IMG/VR virus record: IMGVR_UViG_3300037882_002282
Coordinates: 5,834 to 69,833 of that record
Reading direction: 5' to 3' (one strand)
Source of the DNA: a virus
DNA length: 64,000 nucleotides
Below, piece after piece: positions 1 to 10,118 of the stretch; position 1 is the stretch's first letter; every line of letters starts with the position of its first letter. The notes beneath the pieces were generated by a model. The model searched no databases. It saw only the letters and a program-made list of their open reading frames with translations, and was not told the origin of the DNA. The translations under genes were made by a program, and so were the position numbers.

Positions 1-3000
1 TCCATTGGTATTGCTTCTTCAGCTAGTCAACCTTACACACTTACTGTTGTGCCGAAATCTCCTGTCGTTACTGTAAATTCTGCAAATCCTCATATTGCTT
101 ACAGAGCTAGTTTACAAGCGTCTGTCAATATATCGTCTGGTGTTACCGACAGTAGTTATCGTCGTGGCATCTATATAGACGCTTATCCTAATAGTTCTGC
201 TACTGTGGGAACGTTGGATAATATGACCGCTATTCATATTGACCACGGTTCTTTTGGAACATTGGCTAGTGGCACAACTTCGGTTAATTATGGATTAAGG
301 ATTGTAAGTTATAGTCAAGGAACACACACCACTGCAAATCTTTGGGGTATCTATATTCAAGATATTGATGGTGTTTCAAAGAACTATATTCAACGCGACT
401 TACGTGTAGGTACTACCTCAAATGCTGGTAACTTCCTAGCTAACTTTGCTGGTCATGTTGGACCGCAAACAGATGTGACCTACGACTTGGGGGCTTCTAA
501 TTTAAGGTGGCGTGGTATTTATGGCTCCAGTGGAATTTTTGGTAATAACATTACTGTGGGCGGTAGCGGTATTCTAGTAGGTAGCATTCGAGATACTTTT
601 GTTCCGTTTGGTAGTGGTGGGGCTCTTACTGGTAATCCTAATCTATGCTTCAATTATGTTACTAACCGTATGGGTATTGGTAGTGGAGCTAATAGTCCTA
701 CTGGCCCCTCTGGTTATTTGCACATTTGGCCTAGTGGTAGTACTTCTCCTTCTGCTTCTACTGGTGCTCCTATTTGTACTTTTGGTTCTACTCGCCACAT
801 TCATTTCTATTCTGATACTAGTGCGAACTATATTTTTAGTGATGCCGATGTTAACGCTCACGAACATATGTACAATGTTATTGTTACTTCGGGTACCAAT
901 CTAAATAAAAATTTCTATTGGGCTAGTGTAGCAAATGCTAATAAACGAACAGCAGTATCACTTTATAACGAATTATTTACTATTCGCGGTAGTGGTATTG
1001 CTGGCTTTAATATGGCAAATAACCAACCCGCTGGTGCATTAGAAATTCGTACATCTGGTACATCTCATTATACTCTTTATCTTAAGGGTATCGACGGACA
1101 GGTAAATGATTATTTAAGAATTGATGATACAGCAGACGCCTTTGCTACAGAACTATTTTCGGTTGGTCCATCAGATGTAGTTATAAACGAGGGTGGTGGT
1201 GATAGAGAATTTAGAGTTGAATCTTCAGACTTAGCTAGTATGTTGCGTGTTAATGCTACTGGTAATTGCGTTTCTGTCAATAATAGCGGTCCTACTACAA
1301 GTGGTAATATATTTAATACCGTAGCAAATTTCCCTGCTGTTGTTTCTAATTCTACTAACTTCATGCGTAATATTGACCTGTATGCTACTACGGTAAATAT
1401 TGCTTCGGGAGTAACTGATGCTGGATATCGTGTGTGCCAATGGAATAATTCATATATTTCCAATTCTGGTTTCAGAGGAACTTTGACTGCTCAATACGGT
1501 ATGGTTGTTCAAGGTGGAACATTTGATGGCTCTCAAACCCCTAGTGGCACAATTACCAATGTATATGGATTTTATGTTAGTCTAAGTAAGGGTACTGCTT
1601 GTACACATACCAATGAGTGGGGTATTTTCCAAACTGGTCGCGGCAACAATTACTTCGCCAACGATTCTCGTTTTGGTACTACTGCTAATGCTGGTTCGTT
1701 CACAATTAACTCTGCTGGTCATGTTGGCCCAGCTTTAAATGTTACTTACGACTTAGGTGCTCCCGCCCATAGATGGAGAAATATCTACGGTAACAGTGGT
1801 ATCTTTGATAATATCTCTGTAAGCGGTAGTGGTTTAACTATGGTTGTTTCCTATCCAGGGGACGTTCTAAATAAACAGATTGTGTTTGCTAGTGGCGATA
1901 ACCAGTTTGCTGGTAATAGTTTACTAAAGTGGGATCATACTGTTCAGCGTATGGGGCTTGGTGTTGGTAGTGCTACTCCAAGCGGTTTGTTGCATGTAAT
2001 TGGTACAGCTAATACTTCGCCTTGGGTTTCGCCCCTCGTTAGATTTCAAAGAACTACCAGTTCCAATTATATGGATTTTGCTTGTGATGCTAGTGCTAAC
2101 TGGATTTCTACCAATGAAGCAGGGACTAATCAGAAATCATTAGTCTTTGATGTTGGTTGTTCTGGGTTCGATATGAATCTGGCTACAACCTTCCAATTCT
2201 CTGTTTCTGGCGGGACTACTACTCGTGAGGTTGCTCGTGTACGTGGTAGTGGTATGTTGTGTATCAATACAACTAACGGTACAGGAACTATTACAGCAGT
2301 AAATCATTCTAGCAACATTGGCATTCCAACTTTATGGTTAAAAGCTATTACTAACCAAAATAGCCCTCTCATCGAGACTTTAAATACTTCTAGTCAGTCT
2401 TTATTCTCAGTGAGCAGTTCTGGTGTGACTGTTAATGGTGGTCATACGGCTCTTAATTTCCGTGTCGCATCTGATAATAATCCTACACTATTCAATACCA
2501 ATGGAACATCAGATTATGTCACTATTGGTGGTACTGGTAATCCTGGTGGGTTTATTCTTGTAACTTCTGGAAATGTTGGTCCTGAAAGTAGTGGTACTAG
2601 AGATATTGGTTCTACTACTACTTATTGGAATAATCTCTATGTAAACAATATTTGGTGTCGGAATGTAAATGGTGGTTCTGTTAGTGGTGGCGGTGGTACT
2701 GCTGGATTCCCAGTAACTTCAGGTCAAGTAGCTTTCGGTAGCGGTAGCAGTCTTGTGGGCGATGCTAACCTGTATTGGGATAACTTTAATCGTAGATTGG
2801 GTATTAATTACGGTACAGCCCCACTACATACTGTATCTATGCGTACTGCTAACAGTACAACTTTCGGTTTGGTTATCGCTGGTTCTGTTAGTCAAGTACT
2901 TGACTTATTCAATGTTGTTGATGCTAGTTCTAATGAATATATTGGTATTGGAGTTGTAGACACAGTATTCAACGAACACGCTCAAGATCGTGATTTTAGA

Positions 3001-4908
3001 ATTGAGACAACTGGTAATCCTTATGCCTTTTTTGTGGATGCTGGCTCTGGCTTCGTAAGTATGGGTGGGGCTTTAAATCCTGGGGCATTTAGCTTAGCTA
3101 TGAACGGTCATTTAGGCCCCGAAGCAAGCGGTACACGTGATTTAGGTTCTATCGCCTATCCTTTCCGTGGTATTTATCACGGTACTGGTACTGGTAGCTT
3201 CTATGGCGGACTAGCTGAAATTTATGCTAACCCTGCTACTGGAAATATTAGTTTTGCTGGCTCTGGTTGCTTAGCGTTTAAGATTGGTTCTGGTACTACT
3301 GTTATCGAACGATATTATATGTCGGCTTCTGGTTTCTCGCCCTGGCTAGACAACAATTATGATTTGGGTACAAACAATAGAAACTGGCGTAACCTATATG
3401 TTAACCATATTGATAGTATTACTGGCATCAACGGTATTGCTATTGCTAATTATTTAAATAGCGGCGGTGTGAGTGGTGCTGGTTTAAGTGGAGTTATCTC
3501 TTCGGGGTGTGTCCTAGTAGGAACTAATGTTGGTACTATCAGTGGCAACACCAACTTTACGTGGGATTTTACCAACCGTCGTTTGGGTATTAATGTTGGT
3601 AGTCAGCCCCTACACACCGTAGCCATTCAACCTGCTAGTACTAGCACAGTAGGTCTACATATCGTTGGGCAAGCTTCTCAAACTGCTGATCTGATGACGG
3701 TAGTTAACAATAGTTCTGTTGAGATGTTCTCGATTGGTAGTGGTGATGTTGTAGTTAATGGCGGCGGCTTGTTTATGGATTTTAGGGCTGGTAGTGCGGG
3801 CGATTCTAGTTTGTTCCGTACTAGCTCTAATACTGATACGGTCGCGGTTGGTACAACTCCAACTTCATCCTTTAAATTTATGGTTCACGGAGATATTGGT
3901 CCTGCCACAAGCGGTGGTCGTAGCTTAGGTTCACGCTCTCTAGCTTATGGTACACTCAACCTGTCGCATACTGGTATTATTACGTTTAATAATGAGATGT
4001 TGCGTTATGATAATTCTCAGTTTGTATTTTCAACGGGCGTAGGTGTAAGCGGACATATTCGTGTGAACGACAATGTTTCTGGTACTCCCTCAATTAGCTT
4101 CTTGGGCGATACTAATACTGGTTTCTGGCGTATGGGTGCTGATGATGTGGGTTTCACAGCGGGTGGTGTTGGTCGTTTCCGTTTTGATACAACTAAGATT
4201 TCGCCCCTACAAACTATTACTTATGATCTTGGTGCCACAAATGCTTATTGGAGAAAGATTTACGTCGATGATGTAATTTGCAACACTATTAATGGTAGTG
4301 CTGGTGGTGGCGGTGGTATTGCTGGAAGTATTGCTACTAGTCAAGTTGCTTATGGTGCTTCAGCTAATACTATCGCTGGTAGTAACAATTTCTGGTGGGA
4401 CAATAGTAATGTTAGGTTGGGTATTGGTACTAATTCGCCCGATTCAACTTTACATATGGATGCTGGTGGGTCATTTAATACACATTTGACTATGACTTGG
4501 CGTACATCTACTGAAGCTGGTATTAAGTTTGATGATGCTAGTGCAAATGTTCTTGGTTATATTGTTATGAATGCCGCCAAGAATTTGTCGATTCAGAATG
4601 ATGTTAGTGCGGGCGATATACTCTTTAATATCAATGCTCGTACAGACGCAAGCGATCCTGGTCAATCTTATAGACAAGCTGTGCGTATTGACGCTTCAGG
4701 TTATACTGGTACCGCTGGTATTACTGGTGTGAGTGCTGCCGTTGTACTTCCTTCTACTGGTGTATATCCAACTACTACTGGTGCTTCTTGTGATCTAGTT
4801 ATTGAAGACCCGAATAGAGGTATTATTATGCAGGACAAGACTTTGGGTACGTGGCATAGAATTTTCTTAAATAATGGAGTACTGGAAATCGGTCCAGCCC
4901 TAGGATAA
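1..4908 (+). CDS. Large tail fibre / virion appendage protein with internal repeats (5' truncated)
   Basis: Frame is open from base 1 (TCC ATT GGT ... GTG at 49). G/S/T/N-rich beta-type composition. Repeated units GHVGP...YDLG...RWR.IY, QVAF.SG....G..N..WD..N.RLGI and VVINEGG.D..FRVES. C-terminal GIIMQD..GTWHRI..NNGVL motif is typical of fibre ends. Confidence 0.75.
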   Translation, partial: SIGIASSASQPYTLTVVPKSPVVTVNSANPHIAYRASLQASVNISSGVTDSSYRRGIYIDAYPNSSATVGTLDNMTAIHIDHGSFGTLASGTTSVNYGLRIVSYSQGTHTTANLWGIYIQDIDGVSKNYIQRDLRVGTTSNAGNFLANFAGHVGPQTDVTYDLGASNLRWRGIYGSSGIFGNNITVGGSGILVGSIRDTFVPFGSGGALTGNPNLCFNYVTNRMGIGSGANSPTGPSGYLHIWPSGSTSPSASTGAPICTFGSTRHIHFYSDTSANYIFSDADVNAHEHMYNVIVTSGTNLNKNFYWASVANANKRTAVSLYNELFTIRGSGIAGFNMANNQPAGALEIRTSGTSHYTLYLKGIDGQVNDYLRIDDTADAFATELFSVGPSDVVINEGGGDREFRVESSDLASMLRVNATGNCVSVNNSGPTTSGNIFNTVANFPAVVSNSTNFMRNIDLYATTVNIASGVTDAGYRVCQWNNSYISNSGFRGTLTAQYGMVVQGGTFDGSQTPSGTITNVYGFYVSLSKGTACTHTNEWGIFQTGRGNNYFANDSRFGTTANAGSFTINSAGHVGPALNVTYDLGAPAHRWRNIYGNSGIFDNISVSGSGLTMVVSYPGDVLNKQIVFASGDNQFAGNSLLKWDHTVQRMGLGVGSATPSGLLHVIGTANTSPWVSPLVRFQRTTSSNYMDFACDASANWISTNEAGTNQKSLVFDVGCSGFDMNLATTFQFSVSGGTTTREVARVRGSGMLCINTTNGTGTITAVNHSSNIGIPTLWLKAITNQNSPLIETLNTSSQSLFSVSSSGVTVNGGHTALNFRVASDNNPTLFNTNGTSDYVTIGGTGNPGGFILVTSGNVGPESSGTRDIGSTTTYWNNLYVNNIWCRNVNGGSVSGGGGTAGFPVTSGQVAFGSGSSLVGDANLYWDNFNRRLGINYGTAPLHTVSMRTANSTTFGLVIAGSVSQVLDLFNVVDASSNEYIGIGVVDTVFNEHAQDRDFRIETTGNPYAFFVDAGSGFVSMGGALNPGAFSLAMNGHLGPEASGTRDLGSIAYPFRGIYHGTGTGSFYGGLAEIYANPATGNISFAGSGCLAFKIGSGTTVIERYYMSASGFSPWLDNNYDLGTNNRNWRNLYVNHIDSITGINGIAIANYLNSGGVSGAGLSGVISSGCVLVGTNVGTISGNTNFTWDFTNRRLGINVGSQPLHTVAIQPASTSTVGLHIVGQASQTADLMTVVNNSSVEMFSIGSGDVVVNGGGLFMDFRAGSAGDSSLFRTSSNTDTVAVGTTPTSSFKFMVHGDIGPATSGGRSLGSRSLAYGTLNLSHTGIITFNNEMLRYDNSQFVFSTGVGVSGHIRVNDNVSGTPSISFLGDTNTGFWRMGADDVGFTAGGVGRFRFDTTKISPLQTITYDLGATNAYWRKIYVDDVICNTINGSAGGGGGIAGSIATSQVAYGASANTIAGSNNFWWDNSNVRLGIGTNSPDSTLHMDAGGSFNTHLTMTWRTSTEAGIKFDDASANVLGYIVMNAAKNLSIQNDVSAGDILFNINARTDASDPGQSYRQAVRIDASGYTGTAGITGVSAAVVLPSTGVYPTTTGASCDLVIEDPNRGIIMQDKTLGTWHRIFLNNGVLEIGPALG

Positions 4909-5444
4909 TGAAAAGATTCAATTCCCCTAAGAGTGTACAGACAGTTGAACTGACAACTCCTAAGAACTTTAGTGATTTTGTTAGTTTAGTATGGAGTGAA
5001 ATCTATGAAACTGAAATGGATGCTTATATTATCTTGAGTGGTAACATAAAGACAGCAAAGAACTTACACAAATTTGCCCATAACGTTTTGTGGCCAGGTA
5101 AAAACATCGCTTTCTGTTCATTGCTTACGTCGGTGTATTATTATAGTGACAGACATGGTTTTAACCAACAAAACAGGGGATTACTTCTAAAAAATTATGA
5201 AGCTTTGGTTTTTCCTAGAGATGAAATTTTTGCATTAGTCAAAGAAACGCATTTGCCCCAAGGAATATATAAAACTTCTAATATTAGTTCAGTATTAGGA
5301 TATTGGGCCAAAACCAGAAAGAAAGATATTTATTATTTTTCACCATCGCTCTGTCAGAATGATAACGAAGACGGCTGTTTGTTTGTTGGCGAAGATTACG
5401 ATGTTGCTAAGGGGGTGGGCCAATGGCGTTCCGATACTGGATAA
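4908..5444 (+). CDS. Hypothetical protein
   Basis: 178-aa ORF translationally coupled (TAATG) to the fibre gene. Confidence 0.6.
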   Translation: MKRFNSPKSVQTVELTTPKNFSDFVSLVWSEIYETEMDAYIILSGNIKTAKNLHKFAHNVLWPGKNIAFCSLLTSVYYYSDRHGFNQQNRGLLLKNYEALVFPRDEIFALVKETHLPQGIYKTSNISSVLGYWAKTRKKDIYYFSPSLCQNDNEDGCLFVGEDYDVAKGVGQWRSDTG

Positions 5445-8188
5445 GAAATACTCCAGGTGTTTGGAGCGATTCTAATAATTGGTCGAGCGTTTCCAATGGG
5501 GGTGGCGGATTCTCGGTACCAGATTACACTTCTGATGTAGTTTTTGATTCTGGTGGTACTGGTAATTGTGTCATTAATATGCACCTTACTGATGTAACTG
5601 GTGCTATCAATACTCTAACCGTTTCTGGTTACACTGGCACAATCTCTAATTCTGGCAACTATAATGTTGCTATTCAAAATGATTTCTGGTGGAGCGGCAG
5701 TGGAATTCTTCATCAAGGTAATGGCAATTGGTTTATCGGGCGGCAGTTACAATTTAGGGGCGGGCAGATAAATAGTAACTCGTCTAGAGTTGTTGTTGGC
5801 GGTAGCGTTAGTCTTAGTGGATCAAACTATATTCACCAGTCTGGTTCATTAAGTATTTCGCCCTATACTACTGGTACTATAACTGTTGACTTTAATCAGT
5901 TTAATATGCCATATGTTTACATACAAGGGACTGGTAATGTCACATTCGTGCCCTCTAAACCAGTCAAGGCTAAGTCTTTGTATATGGCTGTAGCTGGTAA
6001 TTTAAATTTAAATAGAAATAATTTTGCTACTAGCGGCACACTAAAAATTGACTATCCTTCTATTATTACTACTGGCAGTCTATCAGGAAATATGTTAACT
6101 GGGGCTTCTGGCGTACAGATTAATGGTATTCCAGGTGTGAGGGCAAATGCTAGAGGTAGTGGAACTTGGTATATCAATTCGCCAGCATCTTATATGAATA
6201 ACACTAACTATCAAAATCTAACTGCTGTTACTTCTTCTGCTTTTGTTACTAACTCGTGTAATTTAACCAGTGATCCAACCTGTGGTGATAAAGGCGGGAA
6301 TAGTAATGTGGTGTCTTCTAGTGGTTGTATAATTTGTGACTATTGTGGTGGTAAGCATCACGCTAGCGGTATTACTTTTAGCCCATATTATTTTAAGATT
6401 ACTATCGCTGGAGTTACTAATTCTAGCCAAGGATATGGTGCTTATGCTAAATCTGCTGGTCACGATGGCAGATGTTCTGAACCAGAATTACCTGAAGATC
6501 ATGGACAAGGAAAATTTATTTGTGATGCCTGTAATAGTTACAATGGTAGCTATGTATTAAGACGTGTGGATAGTAGCATTGGTAATGAGCAGACTGAAGA
6601 GTATGGTGAATTATTTGCTTCACGTCCTATATGTCTTTGGGCAGCTTGTGTCGATCAACCATGTACCACAGGACACATGTTTTATAGAGATAGAACCAAT
6701 CCTGGTGATTTAACGCCATTAACCGATTTCTGGAACGGCGGTTCTTTTGAAGATACTATTGGTTCATGTGTATACATATATGACGAGGAACGATGGTATA
6801 ACGATTATGATCCTTGGTCAGATACTTGTGTTAATACTAGGGAAGCGTGTGAACCACCAGTTTTTGGTGGACGTATGCCTTGGACATTTCAAAAATCCAT
6901 TATGGCTCTTTTTACTTATGGTAGAGACTTAAACAAGTTGCTTGGGTGGGTTAAGGATACGGATTTTAGTCCCATTCAGCCAAGAGTTGGCGATATTTTC
7001 TTTTCGATAAACGGGCATTGTGCAACTGATACAGACCTTTCAGGCAGAGATTTTTGTAGTGATGATCCTGGGTCTTCTGTGCCTGGTAGCTTTTGTTTTA
7101 ATTACCAGGCTCCAGCCGCTAATAACCTTAATGATCTATTATATAACGGCGGTATACCAGATTTTGCCATTTGGAGAAAAAACAAACCAAATTGGCCAAA
7201 CGCATCTGGACGCCCAGATTGTATCGACATGTTTCCTATTGTATTTAGTCCATCTGATTTAATCACACGTCCAGGTGCCTCATATCAATTTGGTAATAAT
7301 CCATTAAATGGTAGTGTGGAATTTCCAGGTCAATGTGATTGGAGTTTCGCAACAATTACCATTACTGCTGCTAGTGGGCATTTACCAGATACAAATTATG
7401 AACAATGGTGGGATTTTATTCCTCCAAGCTGGTGTAGCGGGGCTCCGTGTGGCTGTTGTGGTGGGGATACTGGTTCTACAAGTTCTAGTAGTTCTAGTTC
7501 AAGCTCGTCTTCTAGTAGTTCAAGCTCATCAAGTTCATCAAGTTCATCAAGCTCATCCAGTTCTAGTTCGTCCAGTTCAAGTAGCTCTAGCAGTTCTTCT
7601 AGTTCAAGCTCAAGTAGTAGTTCTAGCTCATCTAGTAGTAGTAGTAGTAGTTCTAGTTCAAGTTCTACAGAATGCTATAACTGTATTGCTTGTGCGGACT
7701 TAGATGTTTTGAATGCTACGGCTTATTATGATCCAATTGCTGGTGGTTGTCGAGATAACGATGATTTTTCAATTATTCCTTCGGTCGATGTTCAACTTGA
7801 TCCAGACGCAAGTAATCTGAGTTGTAACTGTCTTTTTGAGGGTGAAGGTGGACAATTAGGAAGTTGTAGTACTGGTTCTGTCCGCCTTAGTTTAACTTGT
7901 GAAAGTAATGTATGGGTTTTGCGAGGTTTTATTGGTACGTGTAATATTAGCGAGTTTGAAGTTATTGCTTCTCCAGAATCAACAATTGATCCATTCTTCC
8001 TACGTTTTCGTACTAATATTCAATGTGCTAATTGTTTAGCCCCAACTTCACCTTGGAGATGTTGTGGTTCTGCTATTGATGGTATTGGTTCATTTCCAAA
8101 TTGTGATGGGTTTGATGGAGATGATTTTGAGCTTTGTGAATATTGTGGAGCAACTGTTATCATTGATATAACTGAGGCAAGCTTCTGA
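5423..8188 (+). CDS. Cys-rich putative virion protein: N-terminal beta-helix-like region (W....NWS...VP...DV.FD), Cys-rich domains, 62-Ser linker
   Basis: 921-aa ORF; poly-Ser at 7481-7666; many Cys flanking it. Confidence 0.65.
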   Translation: MAFRYWIRNTPGVWSDSNNWSSVSNGGGGFSVPDYTSDVVFDSGGTGNCVINMHLTDVTGAINTLTVSGYTGTISNSGNYNVAIQNDFWWSGSGILHQGNGNWFIGRQLQFRGGQINSNSSRVVVGGSVSLSGSNYIHQSGSLSISPYTTGTITVDFNQFNMPYVYIQGTGNVTFVPSKPVKAKSLYMAVAGNLNLNRNNFATSGTLKIDYPSIITTGSLSGNMLTGASGVQINGIPGVRANARGSGTWYINSPASYMNNTNYQNLTAVTSSAFVTNSCNLTSDPTCGDKGGNSNVVSSSGCIICDYCGGKHHASGITFSPYYFKITIAGVTNSSQGYGAYAKSAGHDGRCSEPELPEDHGQGKFICDACNSYNGSYVLRRVDSSIGNEQTEEYGELFASRPICLWAACVDQPCTTGHMFYRDRTNPGDLTPLTDFWNGGSFEDTIGSCVYIYDEERWYNDYDPWSDTCVNTREACEPPVFGGRMPWTFQKSIMALFTYGRDLNKLLGWVKDTDFSPIQPRVGDIFFSINGHCATDTDLSGRDFCSDDPGSSVPGSFCFNYQAPAANNLNDLLYNGGIPDFAIWRKNKPNWPNASGRPDCIDMFPIVFSPSDLITRPGASYQFGNNPLNGSVEFPGQCDWSFATITITAASGHLPDTNYEQWWDFIPPSWCSGAPCGCCGGDTGSTSSSSSSSSSSSSSSSSSSSSSSSSSSSSSSSSSSSSSSSSSSSSSSSSSSSSSSSSSSSSSSTECYNCIACADLDVLNATAYYDPIAGGCRDNDDFSIIPSVDVQLDPDASNLSCNCLFEGEGGQLGSCSTGSVRLSLTCESNVWVLRGFIGTCNISEFEVIASPESTIDPFFLRFRTNIQCANCLAPTSPWRCCGSAIDGIGSFPNCDGFDGDDFELCEYCGATVIIDITEASF
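7481..7666 (+). repeat. Poly-serine tract (62 consecutive Ser codons)
   Basis: Mixture of AGT/TCT/TCA/AGC/TCG/TCC codons, in frame with 5423..8188. Confidence 0.95.
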
Positions 8189-8904
8189 AATTAAAACTAT
8201 ATACTACATCTGGGCTTAGTGCTAGATTGCTAGCTATAATTTCTGGGTACAGATTATCAAAATTATCTGGGCGAGATTTTGAAGTAGTATGGAATATTAC
8301 TGGTGGGGAAGTTCCATGTAACTTTACTGATTTATTTGAAGAACCAGACTTTAAAATAACTTCTGACGTTGTTGAAAAAAAATGGGATACTCCGCTAGAC
8401 ATTCATAAAAAAAACGATATAAGTATATGGGCGACCAAGCCTTTCGATAATAATTGGCGAGTGCCTAAGGATGATGATTTGAGTGCTTATTGTCATATTC
8501 TCAAACCAAAAAAATTTATATTGGATGAAGTTGAAAATTTCATTTCTTTACACGGACCCCCTCCTTTGGGGGTACACCTACGTAGACAAGGAGTTCATCT
8601 AATAGATAATTGTAATGTTCCCATTATAGCTTACATCAACAAAAAACTAAAAGAAAATGAAAAAGGTAAGATATTTGTATCAACCGATTGTCAGGAAACC
8701 TTAAACATATTTAATGTAATCTACTGGGGGAATATGGTGTATTATGACAATAATACTTTTAATAGAACTTCTTTAAAGGATATGGAGGTTGCTCTAATAA
8801 ATATATTATTGCTGAGTCGGTGTATATTTATAGTGCGGAGCGGCTTAAGCGGTTTTTCGTATCTTGCCTCCATTATTAACAAAACACCTAATTTAATCCT
8901 TTGA
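8185..8904 (+). CDS. O-fucosyltransferase/NodZ-like GT-B glycosyltransferase
   Basis: GLSARL (GLGNRL-like), GVHLRR (HxRR), IFVSTD, LLSRC...SGFS motifs. The N-terminal motif requires a start at CTG 8185, upstream of the listed 8227. Confidence 0.7.
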   Translation: MKLKLYTTSGLSARLLAIISGYRLSKLSGRDFEVVWNITGGEVPCNFTDLFEEPDFKITSDVVEKKWDTPLDIHKKNDISIWATKPFDNNWRVPKDDDLSAYCHILKPKKFILDEVENFISLHGPPPLGVHLRRQGVHLIDNCNVPIIAYINKKLKENEKGKIFVSTDCQETLNIFNVIYWGNMVYYDNNTFNRTSLKDMEVALINILLLSRCIFIVRSGLSGFSYLASIINKTPNLIL

Positions 8905-8913
8905 GGAAATAAA

Positions 8914-9294
8914 ATGAGTGATTCGTGTTCGTGTGAAGGCCCTGGATACTGTCCACGCCACAAAATGGTAAAAGGACCAAACAACTTCAGGTTGTGCCAG
9001 AACCGCCCAGAATATAGAAAACTTTGGGATGATCTTGTCAAGAAAGAAACACCCGAAGAATTTTCTCTTCTACAAAAAGCCGCTGCTTTTAAAGACTCTG
9101 CTATAGTTCATATTGAAAATGGCAGAAAGCGTACTACACAAGAACAGAAGCAAGAACGCTTAGATATCTGTAATACTTGTGAGTATCGTAAAGAAAATGT
9201 TTGCAAATTGTGTGGTTGCTTTTTATCAGCAAAGGCAACCTGGGCAACAAGTGAATGTCCAGCAGCTAAGTGGCCAATTTTAGAGGATAAGTAA
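8914..9294 (+). CDS. Cys-rich Zn-binding phage protein (DUF6171-like C-terminus)
   Basis: RLDICNTC...CKLCGCFL..KA.W....CP..KW. Confidence 0.6.
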   Translation: MSDSCSCEGPGYCPRHKMVKGPNNFRLCQNRPEYRKLWDDLVKKETPEEFSLLQKAAAFKDSAIVHIENGRKRTTQEQKQERLDICNTCEYRKENVCKLCGCFLSAKATWATSECPAAKWPILEDK

Positions 9295-9432
9295 ATGCTA
9301 GTTATTCTTACGCTTATTTTAATTGTAGCTATAATGCCTATCCTTTATCAAGTGTATGTAGCTTTCTTCAAATACACCAAGGATCAGCTTTATAGCTCAA
9401 CACAGAAAGTTAGAGAATATAATGTCAGATAG
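9295..9432 (+). CDS. Small membrane protein (45 aa)
   Basis: ATG at 9295 directly after the previous stop; MLVILTLILIVAIMPILYQVYVAFF hydrophobic; GAGG upstream; not in the ORF track. Confidence 0.5.
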   Translation: MLVILTLILIVAIMPILYQVYVAFFKYTKDQLYSSTQKVREYNVR

Positions 9433-9652
9433 AGCAACTAATGGTTGGGGCGAGCATAAGCGTTTAGTGGAACATCGTATAAACGCACTAGAAGAAGAAA
9501 TGGCTGACCAAAAAAAAAGAGCTAACGAACACGATGTTTCGATAGCTCTGTTAAACCTAAAAGCTTCTGGCTGGGGTGCCATAGCTGGGTTTATTATTTC
9601 TATTCTGACACAGGGATTGGTTTATTTAATTTCCCTGATTCCTCAAAACTAG
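9422..9652 (+). CDS. Coiled-coil plus C-terminal TM protein (holin/XhlA-like)
   Basis: Coiled-coil N-terminus followed by WGAIAGFIISILTQGLVYLI. Confidence 0.5.
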   Translation: MSDRATNGWGEHKRLVEHRINALEEEMADQKKRANEHDVSIALLNLKASGWGAIAGFIISILTQGLVYLISLIPQN

Positions 9653-10118
9653 ACGAGAGAAACCCGTTCAGGAATTGCTCTAATACTACCCCTTCACCAA
9701 TACTAATTGTTTGGTTGATGGCTAGAGAGTTTTTCTGGGTGTCTTGTGTACTAATTCGTAGGCTGAATCGATCTGGTACTTTGTCGGTTGCCCCAACGAA
9801 GCAAAATTGCAGAACAGAATTTCCGTTTTGGTTTTTATGGAATAAACCTTTTCCTGTTCCAACAGCGTCTTTACGCCCCTTGAGAACTGCCAAGATTTCG
9901 CCCACATCTGGCAAGCCAAGCTTCATTTTAATAGTCTTAGACTTATCACTATCCCAAGCAAAGCTAGCGTTTCCGTTATCGTCTTCGCCAGTTTGCTGAG
10001 TAATTGTCCAGAATAAAACAACTTCACTTCGCTTACCCCTAGTGTTTTTGCGGTAATCTAATTGTGAAGCACTTCCGCTCTTTTGGTTATTGGGTTTATA
10101 AATTCTAAAATTAGCCAT
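9600..10118 (-). CDS. Putative ssDNA-binding protein (Whirly/PC4-like)
   Basis: FRIYKP...ASQL...FAW...IKMKLGLPDVGEIL...LFHK pattern resembles Whirly; adjacent to the annealing protein. Confidence 0.4.
   Translation of the reverse strand: MANFRIYKPNNQKSGSASQLDYRKNTRGKRSEVVLFWTITQQTGEDDNGNASFAWDSDKSKTIKMKLGLPDVGEILAVLKGRKDAVGTGKGLFHKNQNGNSVLQFCFVGATDKVPDRFSLRISTQDTQKNSLAINQTISIGEGVVLEQFLNGFLSSSFEESGKLNKPIPVSE

Noticed and set aside
599-4489. Hydrophobic Leu/Val-rich alternative-frame ORFs (599..904, 4292..4489; similarly 7308..7703)
   Set aside because: Shadow frames produced by NNT codon bias and Ser repeats in the main genes; no RBS or independent evidence
7481-7666. Possible CRISPR or tandem DNA repeat
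   Set aside because: No fixed repeat-spacer periodicity; it is a synonymous-codon poly-Ser tract
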